DNA from: Batkoa obscura
Taxonomy: Eukaryota
DNA length: 55,641 nucleotides
Direction of reading: 5' to 3'
Assembly: GCA_030770535.1 (NCBI GenBank)
Contig: JASVEC010000109.1
Location: 1-55,641, forward strand
Shown here one piece after another: positions 19,715 through 31,341 of this stretch. Below the pieces are notes generated by a model that was not told the DNA's origin, ran no database searches, and was given only the letters and a program-made list of their open reading frames with translations. Position numbers and translations under genes: made by a program. Each line of letters begins with the position of its first letter. The first letter of the stretch is position 1.

Positions 19715-21692
19715 ATGTTTATAAGTATAATTGAAATTTTATTATTAATTATTCCTTTATTAGTATCTATAGCTTATTTAACTTTAGCGGAAAGAAAAGT
19801 TATGGGTAGTATGCAAAGAAGATTAGGACCAAATAAAGTAGGGATATTAGGAGTATTACAACCATTTGCGGATGGGTTAAAATTAGCAATAAAAGAAACA
19901 ATATTAGTATCACAAGCGAATAAAATATTATTTTTATTTGCACCTTATATTACTTTAGTATTTGGTTTATTAGCTTGGGCTGTTATTCCTTTTAATAGAG
20001 GTATTGTTGTTGCTGATATAGGTTATAGTACATTATATATATTATTAATATCATCACTAGGAGTATTAGGAATAATATTAGCAGGATGGTCAGCAAATTC
20101 AAAATATGCATTATTAGGATCTTTAAGAACAACAGCTCAGTTAATATCATATGAAGTAGTAATAGGATTAATGATAATAATGGTAGTAATGTTAACAGAT
20201 TCATTGAATTTTATAACAATAATAGAAGCACAAAAAGTAATATGGAATATAATACCAATATTACCAATATTTATAATATTTATGATAAGTGCATTAGCTG
20301 AAACAAATAGAGCACCTATGGATTTACCAGAGGCTAGATTTGGTCTCTATAAATATCACTATATGCTGGGAAGTCTTAAAAATCATAGTACTAAATAAGT
20401 AAAAATCTATGATATGAAACAATAGATAATCAGCAGGAAACCAAAATATATATATATGAGTAGGATCCTCAGAGATTTAACGTGATAAATTGAAAAAATT
20501 TCAATTAAGATAAAATCCAAACACAAAAAATAATAATGAAATATAAAATAATTATAAAATTAATAATATTTATAAGTTTAATAAATATATTAAATGATAA
20601 TGATTTAGATCAAAATAGAATGATTTTAAGTAATATGTTATATATAAAATGAAAAAATTCTAGTATTTATGATGATTTATCAAAACCAGAAATAATATCA
20701 AAAATTAATAATGAATTAAAGGAAAAATCAGGTATATATGGGTTTTTAAATAAAAAGAATAATAAAATATATATAGGTAGTGCAAAGAATTTAAGTAAAA
20801 GATTTAAAGAGCATATAAAGTATGATAAATCAAATATAAAATTAACTAGATCTATGAAAAAATATGGTTTATCGGAATTTATGTTTATTGTATTTGAATT
20901 TAATAATTCAGAAAGGAGTTTAATTGAATTAGAAAATATTTATATTCAATCTTTTGATAAAGATTCTTTATTAAATTTTAAATTAAATGCTACATCTATG
21001 GAAGGATATAAACATACAGAAGAAGCCAAAGAAAAAATGAGATTAAGAATGCAAAGAGAAAATCATCCTATGTATGGTAAAAAACATACTATAGAAGCAA
21101 AATTAAAAATAAGTAAGGCTACAAAAGGAAAAAATAATCCAAGATATGGAGTAGAAGTATTAAAAAAAACAAGAGAATTAATATCAAAAGCAAAAAGTAA
21201 AAAACCTATATATATATATGATTTAGAAGGAAATATAATAAAAATATTACCGAATGCTATTAAAGTAGGAGAGTGATTAGGTATTCATAAAACAACAGTA
21301 GGAAGATATATAAAATCTGGTAAAATATATAAGAATAAATATATATTAAAAATTAAATTGTGTAGGAATCAGAATTAGTAGCAGGATTTATGACAGAACA
21401 TTCTGCATTATCTTTTGCTTTTTTCTTTTTAGGTGAATATGGTAATATAATATTAATATGTGCTATTACAGTAAATTTATTTATGGGTGGTTATCATTTC
21501 TTTAATATAGAATCAGGAATAATATTAGGAATAAAAGTATCAATGCTTTTATTTAGTTTTATTTGAATAAGAGCAACATTCCCAAGAATGAGATTTGATC
21601 AATTAATGTTATTATGTTGGACTGGACTTTTACCATTAGTATTAGCATATTTTGTATTAATATCAAGTATAGTAGTAATAATGGCAAATTAA
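19715..21692 (+). CDS. nad1: NADH dehydrogenase subunit 1; exons 19715..20335 and 21366..21692
   Basis: [15 protein letters not shown]; joins as [15 protein letters not shown]. Confidence 0.96.
20336..21365 (+). mobile_element. nad1 group I intron (IB-like)
   Basis: tatgctggg / aatcagcagg / ctcagagatt / gataaaatcc core. Confidence 0.9.
20536..21378 (+). CDS. intron GIY-YIG endonuclease with NUMOD3/NUMOD1-type repeats
   Basis: [21 protein letters not shown] and HPMYGKKHT; stop codon lies 13 nt into exon 2. Confidence 0.9.
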
Positions 21693-21702
21693 TAAAGTTA
21701 AA

Positions 21703-22009
21703 AGATTATTAATAATACTGTTCTTAGATATATCTAAAATAAGAGGAAATCAATTTAGACCTTTAATGAAATTTATATTCTGGTAATTCTTATTAAATTT
21801 TGTATTATTAGGATAAATATGAACTAAACCAGTAGAAGAACAATATATAATAATAGGATAAAATAATTCAATATTATATTTTATATGGTTTATAATGGAA
21901 CTAGAATAATGTATAATAAGAGGAAATAAATAAGAAAAGAGATATATTGTAAGAAAGCAATATAAATGAAAAGAAATAAGAAAAAGAAAAAAAAAGTATG
22001 TATAATAGA
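21703..22009 (+). pseudogene. degenerate cob 3' end plus an intact copy of the cob-atp6 spacer and first 4 atp6 codons
   Basis: aligns to ~31027..31353; cob part has stops, spacer is near-identical. Confidence 0.92.
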
Positions 22010-22804
22010 ATAAAAAAAAACTATCATTTATTTTTAGAAAAATATCAAATTAATAAAAAAATAAATGATATTAGATTAGGGATAAATAAAGCTAACTCAT
22101 TAAAAACACTTCCAATAAAATGGGATAATTTTCATAATCATATTATTACAAGAATAGTAAGATTTATATTAGGAGTTATAACAGGAATAGGGTTAATAAA
22201 TATGAATAAGACTATAATACCTACATATGGATATGATTTTACAATAGATATAATAATGTTAATAAATTTTATATATATAACGAGTGTATCAATGACAAGA
22301 TTAATATATATAATAAAAATATTATATAATAAAGAATATGAGATAAGAAACTCACCATTAAATTATTTAGGAAGTAAAGTGGGTAACATATGGTTATGCG
22401 TAAAAGGTGTATGTACAGTAATAGGAACAAGTGGAGGAATACTAGGTGGTTTAGTGATTTATGATAATATAATAGAGAGAACAGGAAGGAATAGAATATT
22501 TATGCCTAAAATAGAATATGTAACAGATAAAATATTAACAAAAATAGGAATAAATAAAAATGAAATAATGATTAAAGATATAAATGAGAGTATAAAGGAT
22601 AAGGTGGTACAAATAGAAGAGATAAGTAAGGATATAAAAGAAATAAATAAATTATTAACATCAATAGAGTATAAACCAGATAAGGAATTATTAGAAATCT
22701 TTAATAATGAAATCCAAAAAGATATATTAAAGGAATTGAATAAGATTCAAGAAGAACAAAAGAGATTAGACCAAGCATATAAAAATATAATAAAAAAAAG
22801 ATAA
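21998..22804 (+). CDS. orf268, unknown membrane protein ('RNSPL..CVKGVC', coiled-coil-like C-terminus)
   Basis: 268 open codons; starts MYNR like Atp6; paralogous to the 5636 pseudogene. Confidence 0.8.
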   Translation: MYNRIKKNYHLFLEKYQINKKINDIRLGINKANSLKTLPIKWDNFHNHIITRIVRFILGVITGIGLINMNKTIIPTYGYDFTIDIIMLINFIYITSVSMTRLIYIIKILYNKEYEIRNSPLNYLGSKVGNIWLCVKGVCTVIGTSGGILGGLVIYDNIIERTGRNRIFMPKIEYVTDKILTKIGINKNEIMIKDINESIKDKVVQIEEISKDIKEINKLLTSIEYKPDKELLEIFNNEIQKDILKELNKIQEEQKRLDQAYKNIIKKR

Positions 22805-22919
22805 TAGATTTGTGTGTTTGATTTATAATTAATGGATAGGAGAAAAACCTTCCATCCCCTCCTTAGACAGGGAAAGTGAAAGAGAAGGAGGGGAAAAGAG
22901 AAGAGAAGGGAAGAAAAGA

Positions 22920-22993
22920 ACGTTCTTAGTTTAAGAGGAAAAAGTATTAACCTTCGAAGTTAAGGAATAATGGTTCGAGTCCATTAGAACGTA
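22920..22993 (+). tRNA. trnR: tRNA-Arg(UCG)
   Basis: ttaac-cttcgaa-gttaa; ACGTTCT/AGAACGT acceptor. Confidence 0.88.
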
Positions 22994-22996
22994 ATA

Positions 22997-23067
22997 AGGA
23001 TTATAACTTAAAGGGAAAGTGCTTGGCCGATAACTAAGAGATAATGGTTCGATTCCATTTAATCCTA
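22997..23067 (+). tRNA. trnI: tRNA-Ile(GAU)
   Basis: cttgg-ccgataa-ctaag. Confidence 0.9.
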
Positions 23068-23107
23068 CAAAAGATCGAAAAAAAAAAATAGGAAGAAAGG
23101 AAAGGAG

Positions 23108-23461
23108 ATGAATAATTTAATAATATTAATGATAATGACAACAATAATAGTATTTGTATTATTATTTGTAAATTTAATATTAGGTGATAATAAACCATAT
23201 ATAAATAAATTATCACCATATGAATGTGGATTAATACCATTAGGGGATTGTAGAGCGACTTTAAATGTACAATATATATTAGTAGCGATATTATTTATAA
23301 TATTTGATATAGAGGTAATAGTATTATTACCATATGGGATAACAATAAATAATATATACACATATTGGATAATGATAATATTCATAATAATATTAACAAT
23401 AGGATTTTATTATGAAATAAGTAAAGGGGCATTAAAATATGTAAAAACAGCGGGAGATTAG
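23108..23461 (+). CDS. nad3: NADH dehydrogenase subunit 3
   Basis: KLSPYECG and ILFIIFDIE. Confidence 0.96.
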   Translation: MNNLIILMIMTTIIVFVLLFVNLILGDNKPYINKLSPYECGLIPLGDCRATLNVQYILVAILFIIFDIEVIVLLPYGITINNIYTYWIMIIFIIILTIGFYYEISKGALKYVKTAGD

Positions 23462-23523
23462 CTTAATTGGCAGAGCGAATATTTTACACGTATTTGGAGG
23501 TTGTTCGAATCAACCATTTCCCA
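23452..23523 (+). tRNA. trnV: tRNA-Val(UAC), overlapping the nad3 stop codon
   Basis: aatat-tttacac-gtatt; GGGAGAT/ATTTCCC acceptor. Confidence 0.9.
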
Positions 23524-23526
23524 CGA

Positions 23527-23608
23527 GGGAAGTATGCTAACTGGTATAGCGATCTAATTGTAAATTAGATGACAGAAGTCATTATAGGTTCGAGTCCTAT
23601 ACTTCTCA
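23527..23608 (+). tRNA. trnY: tRNA-Tyr(GUA)
   Basis: tctaa-ttgtaaa-ttaga; long variable arm. Confidence 0.92.
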
Positions 23609-23681
23609 GGGATGATAGCTTAAATGGTAAAGCTTTCCGCTCATAACGGACAAGATGTGGGTTCAAATCCTGCTTATCCTA
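23609..23681 (+). tRNA. trnM: tRNA(CAU), Met or Ile
   Basis: ttccg-ctcataa-cggac. Confidence 0.85.
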
Positions 23682-23764
23682 GGAAAAATAGCCTAAAGGT
23701 AAGGCAGAAGCTTGCTAAGTTTTGGATTAAAAAATCTTTAAAGGTTCGAGTCCTTTTTTTTCCA
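23682..23764 (+). tRNA. trnS: tRNA-Ser(GCU)
   Basis: gaagc-ttgctaa-gtttt; long variable arm. Confidence 0.9.
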
Positions 23765-23831
23765 AAGGTGAGGAAAGTGAAAGAGGGAGGGGGTAAAAAA
23801 GGGAAGAAAGGAGATAAAAGAAAAAGAAATA

Positions 23832-26264
23832 GATTACCAAGGAGAAGAAAAGGACTAAATTAGGAAGATAAGCCAAAGTAAAGAGAAAGGATACACGAAA
23901 GAAATATTGGGGAAGAGATAATGAACCAATAGGATCCAATGGGGAAAGCCAAAAGAAACAACCCTTTGAACAGAAACATCTAAAGTAAAAGGAGGAAAAG
24001 AAATCAACCGAGATAAGCTGAGTAGTGGTGAGCGAAAGGAAAAAAATCCAAAACCGACCAAAAGAATGGGTTAAGAGCCAACCAAAGAGGGTAAGAGTCC
24101 CGTATAGAGGGAGAGAAAAGAAGTAGAATGAGAGAAAACTTATTCGAAAAAAGGGGAACCATCCTCTAAAGGTAAATAAGTTACTTTGAGCGATAGAGAA
24201 AAGTACCGTGAGGGAAAATTGAAAAGAAAGTAGTTGACTAGTGAAAAGAACCGGAATAAGTTAGTTTATAAGCAGTTGGAAGGAAAACTGACAACGTACC
24301 TTTGGCATAATGGGTCAGCAAGTTGATAAGTGAAGCGAGTAGGAAGGAACTAGATGAGAATAAAGAAAGTATCACTAATCAGACCCGAAACCAAGTGATC
24401 TTACCATGAACAAGTTAAAGGACTGAACGGTAGTCTGTAGCAATAGGCACCGAAGATTTGTGGTAGGGAGTGAAAAGCTAATCTCACTTGGAGATAGCTG
24501 GTATTCCGCGAAAACTATTTAAGTAGAACCTTAATAAAAAGGTGGATTAAGTAAAGCACTGGATATAAAGGCGAAAAGTTTAATTGGGGAGCAAATCAAT
24601 CTCTATCAATTATATCTAATCAACTAAAGGATCCATCAAAATAAATTAGGAGTCAGACTGTGGGGGATAAGCTCCACGGTCAAGAGGGTAACAGCCCAGA
24701 GATCAGAGAATAAGGTCCCAAAAAGCTGACTAAGTGAAAGGAATAGAGAGAAGAAGAAGACAAGCCTAAAGTGGGCTTGGAAGCAGCCATCTAAGAAAGA
24801 AAGCGTAATAGCTCAAGGCTCAATTGTAGAAAAGATAGAAAATGTAAAGGGTCTAAGTCAGATACCGAAATGGATCAAGCAGCGAAAGCGGCAGTGGTAG
24901 CGGAACATTCAGAGAGATCTGAAGAGAGAATGCTGACATGAGTAACAAGAAAGAATAATAAGAATAATTCTCGCCAGGAGGAGAAGGGTTATATAGCAAT
25001 AGAGAATAACTATATATAAAGTAACGGTATCTAAGAGAAGATCGATGAAGAAATCTAACTAATAAAAAGTCGAAAGACTCAGGAAAAAAAATTAGTAAAA
25101 AATAAACCGTACCCAAAACCGACACAGGTATCCGAAGCGGCGAATGAGACAATCATCTTGAAGGAACTCGGCAAAATGCCTCTGTAACTTAGGAAGAAAG
25201 AGGGTGATCAATATGATCATGACACAAAAGAGTAGGGAACGACTGTTTACTTAAAACACAAGACCTTGCTAAAACCTATATGTATTGATGTATAAGGTCT
25301 GACACCTGCCCAGTGCTAGTAAGAGTGAATAAAATAAATTTGACTCTCTGGTTAACGGCAGCCGTAACTATGACGGTTCTAAGGTAGCGTAATACCTTGA
25401 CTACTAATTATAGTCTTGCATGAATGGTGTAACGATTTCCCTAGCTGTCTCCAAGATGAACTCAGTGAAATTGCAATGGAGGTGAAAATGCCTTCTACCC
25501 TTAGCTAGACGGGAAGACCCTTTGAAGCTTTACTGGAAATAAATAAAGTGGGCTAGCCAGAAAGAAAGGAAGGATAGTATTCCGATTGACCTCTCTTAGC
25601 AAAGAGTCCACAAAGATATGTTTATTGGACAGTTTAACTGGGGCGGTAGCCTCCCAAAAGGTAACGGAGGCGTTCGAAGGTAGAGTATTAATTGAATAGA
25701 AATCAAATAAGAAGTATAATGGCAAAACTCTGCTTAACAGTGAGTCATACAAGACAAGCTGAGAGGTAACTCGGACATAGTGATCCGATGATAACAGAAT
25801 GGAATGGTCATCGCTAAACGGATAAAAGCTACTCAAGGGATAACAGATTAATCAGTCCTAATAGTTCGAATAGAGGGACTGGATTGATACCTCGATGTCG
25901 ACTCATCTTATCCTCGGGCTGCAGAAGGTCCGAAGGGTTCGGCTGTTCGCCGAGTAAAAAGGTACGTGAGTTGGGTTAAATACGACGTGAGTCAGTATGG
26001 ACCCTATCTACTAAGGGAATAGGAATTGATTCTTAATTAAAACCCAGTACGAGAGGAGCGGGGCTAGTGAACCAATAGTGTACCTGAAGACAGGGAAGCC
26101 ACGTTCATAAAGGATAACAACTGAAAGCATCTAAAGTAGGAAACCAATAAGAAAAAATACCTAAAAGATACGTAGAAGAAAACTACGAGATTAGGCCAAC
26201 GAATATAAAATGATGAGAATCAATAAGTGTAGTGGTACTAAAAAAATCGAATAACTTGGTAATC
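23832..26264 (+). rRNA. rnl: large subunit rRNA, no intron seen
   Basis: gggataacag, cctcgatgtcgactc and cagtacgagagga (sarcin-ricin loop); ends pair as gattaccaag/cttggtaatc. Confidence 0.95.
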
Positions 26265-26314
26265 GAAAAAAAAAAAAAAGAGAAAAAGAGTTAGCCTTAG
26301 GGCAAAACAAAATA

Positions 26315-27700
26315 ATTAAAGTAGTTTGATCTTGGCTACGAATATACGCTAACTATAGGCCTTACACATGCAAGTCGGATGATAAAAATGGAGTCAGGAC
26401 TACCATAAATCATGGCATCCGGGTGAGTATAAAATAGGAAATATAACAGTTTGGTATAGAGAAAAACTATATAAAAGGTTTAAATAACCACCTTATATAT
26501 CAGCCTATTAAAAGGATTAGGTAGTTGGTAAGGTAAAAGCTTACCAAGCCAAAGATCTAAAATCTAGAACTAGAAATGAGCTAGATCACAGTGGCGATGA
26601 AAGAAGAGCCACGTGGACCTATTCGGTCTGCCAGCAGTGGGGAATATTGGACAATGGGCAAGACGCCTGATCCAGCCATATAGTAAGAGCTTAGCTCTAA
26701 AGAAAAGGAAAATAATGATAAAACTTTTCTACTAATCCTGACTAATCTCGTGCCAGCAGTCGCGGTAATACGAGGAGGATAAGCGTAATTCATTATATCT
26801 AGGTGTAAAGGGTCTGTAGGCGGCAAAAAGCTAGAGTGTAAAAGAAGAAAGAGGAATTAAATAAGGAGGGATGAAATCTGTAGATATAAATTAAGAACAT
26901 CAAAGGCGAAGGCATCTTTCTAATAAACACTGACGCTAAGAGACTAAAGTGTGGGTAGCGAAAAGGATTAGATACCCTATTAGTCCACACCCTAAACTAT
27001 GAGTGTTAAACTTAACAGAAACACTCCACCTGGGGACTACTATCGCAAGATAGAAACCCAAAAGAATAGACGGTCTTTAAGACCAGCAGTGAAGCATGTT
27101 GTTTAATTTGACGGTACCCAAAGAATCTTACCAATCTTTGAATTATTATAATGGGATTTATATCCAATCAATGATAAATTGATTTGTGTTTACACGGATT
27201 ATAGTAACAGGTGTTGCATGGCTGTCTTTAGTTCGTGTTGTGAAATATAAGGTTAAGTCCAGTAACGAACGAAACCCCTAATACTAATTAAATCTTAGTA
27301 GACTAGCTCTAGGGATTAAGACAAGTCCTTATGGCCCTCAAGGATTGGGCTACAGACGTGCCACAATAGTAGAAACAATAGGAAGCTTGAAAAAGTAAAT
27401 AAACCCTGAAAAACTACTATGTACTAATGGAAGTCTGAAACTCGGCTTCCTGAAGAAGGAATTGCTAGTAATCGTGGATCACCATGCCACGGTGAACAAG
27501 AATTTTAGAGATGTACTAATCGCCCGTCAAGGGCGGAGAGAGATAGACTACGAAAGCTAACGCTAGGGTTTAATTTTGTTTTTTCATTCGGAATGAAGTC
27601 AAAATTTTTCCTATTAAGGCTATTGCTACCAATCTAAATCTATCCGTCTTAAGTCGTAACAAAGTTACCTTAGGGGAACCTGAGGTAGAATGGTAAATAC
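26315..27700 (+). rRNA. rns: small subunit rRNA (ends approximate)
   Basis: agtttgatcttggct, gtgccagcagtcgcggtaata, ggattagataccc, aagtcgtaacaa. Confidence 0.95.
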
Positions 27701-27761
27701 CCTTCCAATTTTTTTTCTTTTAATACCTATTTTTGGTATATTTTATTAAAAATTTAGAGTT

Positions 27762-30700
27762 ATTAAAGTTTTAAAAGAACATTCAATATTAAGTATAGGG
27801 AATAATTATGTAATAGATTCACCATTACCAAGTAATTTAACATATTTATGGAATTATGGATCTTTATTAGGAACAGTATTAGTAATACAAATAATAACAG
27901 GAGTAACATTAGCAATGCATTATACTCCAAATATAGAAATGGCGTTTAATTCAGTAGAGCATATGAGTCTCTCAATATGTGCTCTAAAAACCTTGCTATA
28001 TGCTAGGAAGTCCTAAAGCTTTCAATTTGAAAGATATTACAATGGATAATTAGCAGGAAACTGAAAAGGATCCTCAGAGATTATATGCAAGGAATCATTA
28101 TATAAAATGATTATGATATAATCCAACCAACTTTGAAAAATTTTGGTATTTTAAATTAATATTAATTTAGATGAATCTTAAATGTTTACTTATTAATCGA
28201 TTTATAATATTGATAGATATAGTATATCATTTAAGATTCTCATATATTTAGCAAAATAGGGTCGGATTGAATAAATCATCTAAATAAGGAAATATTATCA
28301 ATTGATAATGAGAGATGTAAATTATGGGTGATTAATAAGATATACTCATGCGAATGTAGCATCATTTTTCTTTATATTTATATATTTACATATAGCTAAA
28401 GGATTATATTATGGTTCTTATATGAGACCAAGAATCATGTTATGGTCAATTGGAGTAATTATTTTTGTATTAACTATGGCCACTGGTTTCTTAGGTTATA
28501 CTTTACCATGAGGTCAAATGTCATTATGAGGTAAATTAAAATGCCTTATATGTTTATTTAGTAAAGAAATTCTAAAATTTTCATATTTAAATCATTTCAA
28601 TGATATAAGTATCATGATTATGCCTTTATTAACAACGAGTAAAAACAAGATTAAAGGTATAAAAAGAATAGGACCACACGATATAAGTATATATTCTATT
28701 ATTTTTGGTTCTTTATTAGGAGATGCTCACGCTGAACAAAGAAAGGGAGGAGTAGGAACTAGAATAAGTTTTTATCAAGAAAGTACTCATGTAACTTATT
28801 TACTTTGGTTACATAATCAATTAGCATCCAAAGGTTATTGTAATGAGAATATACCAATAATAACTACAAGATTAGGTAAAAAAGGAGTAGTAAGAAAAAT
28901 AATAAGATTTCATACTTGAACTTATACAAGTTTTAACCAAATATATAATCTTTGGTATATTGATAATAAAAAAATAATACCAGAGTGTATAGGAAATTAT
29001 TTAACACCATTAGCTTTAGCAATATGAATAATGGATGATGGAACTAAAATAAGTAAAGGGTTAAAACTATGTACTAATTCTTATACTTATTCCGAATGTT
29101 TATTATTAGTAAGAGTATTATACGAGAATTTCAATCTAAAAGCTACAGTTCAGTCTGCAGGAGTTAAGAATCAATATATAATATATATTTGAAAAGAGTC
29201 AATTCAAGAATTGAGAGAAATAATATCACCGTATATAATACCAGAAATGAAATATAAAATTATAGAATAGCTTAATTAAAAAGCATAGTTTTTTTTAAAA
29301 AGGATTTTCTTATAGAAAACCAATAATAAAATTAAAGTTTTTATTTTTTTTTATTTTATTATTTTTAAAAAGGCGACACTAATGAATACGGGTCAAAAGT
29401 TTTATGTTTTAGACCAAGACCGTCGGTTTTAATAATAAGATCGCTACAGACTGGCTCATTGGTGGGTATCTAAAATGATGCTTAATGTACAGTCGGAACT
29501 TACTAGTAAAAACTAGCATAAGGCTTTACAAAAATGATATATAAGCTAATCATGATTAGTGATAATATGTAAAGTACGTGGTTTATATATTGAAAACAAT
29601 GAAAAATCATCAGTATATTACTGCAATATATAAAATTTAAGTTTGGCAACGGTAATAACTAACTTATTATCAGCAATACCTTGGATAGGAGTAAGTTTAG
29701 TTGAATTTGTGTGAGGAGGCTTTTCAGTAGATAATGCTACATTAAATAGATTTTTTAGTTTACATTATTTATTACCATTCATATTAGTAGGATTAGTTGT
29801 ATTACATTTAATAGCTAAATTGTAGGGCTTTTATATTAGTAATAATATAATAAAAATCAAGCTATATGCTGAAAAATTCTTAGAGCCTAAAATAGAAGAA
29901 AATTTTAAGGATTGAATAATTAGCAGGAAACTCAAAAGAGGATCCTCAGAGACTAAACGCTTGACATTCTAAATAACCGCAAGGCTGAATGATGATATAG
30001 TCCATTTAAATTTGAAAAAATTTAAAAGTTACTAAATTTAAATCATAAAACAAATAAAAACCTAATACATATAAAATATAGAAATAGATTAAGTAAATCA
30101 GAAAGAGAAAAATTTGAATTAGATGATTACTTAAAACAAATATTAATAGGAAATATATTAGGGGATGTATATATGAGAAGATTTTCTAAGAAATCAAATG
30201 TAAGATTAATATTTAGACAAAGTTCAATACATGATTCATATTTATATCATTTATATGAATTATTTCAAAAATTTGTTTTAACTCCACCTTCAGTTACAAC
30301 CGTTATGGATAAAAATACTAGGAAAGTTAGATATAATATAAGTTTTGCGACTTTAGCTCTTCCTTGTTTTAATAAAATTTATGAATCTTTTTATATTAAT
30401 GGTAAAAAGGTTATTCCAATAAATATAGATGAAATGTTAACTTCTGTAAGTTTAGCATATTGAATAATGGATGATGGAAGTTTTACTGGAAGTGGGTTAA
30501 GATTATCTACAAATGCTTTTAGTATAGAAGATTTAGAGAGATTAATAAAAACATTAGATAAAAATTTTGGAATAAAAGCTTCAATGAATATTCAATATAA
30601 AGATAAATCACAATACACTTTATATATAACTAAATCTCAATTACCATTAGTTATAAATTTAGTTAAAAAGTATATGCATCCTGATATGATGTATAAATTA

Positions 30701-31278
30701 GGGATATAAATTTAGTACAGTAAAAGCTACATGAACATGGAGCTAATAACCCATTAGGAGTATCAAGTAATATAGATAGAATACCATTTTATCCATATTA
30801 TATATTTAAAGATATAGTAGGATTTTTATTATTCTTCTTAATATTATCAATAGTATTATTTTATATGCCAAATATGATGGGTCATCCTGATAACTATATT
30901 CCAGCTAATCCATTAGTTACACCAGCACATATTCAACCAGAATGGTATTTTTTACCATATTATGCAATATTAAGATCAATACCTAATAAATTATTAGGAG
31001 TAATAGCAATGTTTGCAGCAATATTAATATTATTAGCAATGCCGTTCTTAGATATATCAAGAGTTAGAGGAAATCAATTTAGACCTTTAATGAAATTTAT
31101 ATTCTGGTTATTCTTAGCAAATTTTGTATTATTAGGATGAATAGGAGCTAAACCAGTAGAAGAACCATATGTAATAATAGGACAAAATAGTTCAATATTA
31201 TATTTTGCATGGTTTGCAATGGTACCAGTAGTAGGGATAATAGAAAGAACAATGTATAAAATAAGAGGAAATAAATAA
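27762..31278 (+). CDS. cob: apocytochrome b; exons 27762..27962, 28305..28532, 29646..29816, 30727..31278; apparent ATT start
   Basis: joins VEH|IMRDV, SLWG|ATVITN, LIA|LHEHG; PEWY motif; 383 aa. Confidence 0.95.
27963..28304 (+). mobile_element. cob intron 1 (after CDS nt 201), group I, no ORF
   Basis: tatgctagg / aattagcagg / ctcagagatt / gatataatcc core. Confidence 0.9.
28533..29270 (+). CDS. LAGLIDADG_2-type ORF in frame with cob exon 2
   Basis: [12 protein letters not shown] and LAIWIMDDG; TAG 29268-29270. Confidence 0.9.
28533..29645 (+). mobile_element. cob intron 2 (after nt 429), group ID-like
   Basis: cgctacagactggctca ... atgtacagtcgg. Confidence 0.9.
29817..30726 (+). mobile_element. 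cob intron 3 (after nt 600), group I
   Basis: tatgctgaa / aattagcagg / ctcagagacta / gatatagtcc core. Confidence 0.9.
30026..30709 (+). CDS. LAGLIDADG_2-type ORF in cob intron 3 (no ATG before the first motif)
   Basis: LIGNILGDV and LAYWIMDDG; track ORFs 30173 and 30467 join through TGA. Confidence 0.85.
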
Positions 31279-31341
31279 GAAAAGAGATATATTGTAAGAA
31301 AGCAATATAAATGAAAAGAAATAAGAAAAAAAAAAAAAAGG

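Noticed and set aside
23740..23764. trnW(UCA) as a chimera with trnS(GCU), given the shared tttaaaggttcgagtccttttttt 3' half
   Set aside because: T-arm consensus plus low-complexity A/T stems can explain the match; trnW(CCA) is nearly as similar
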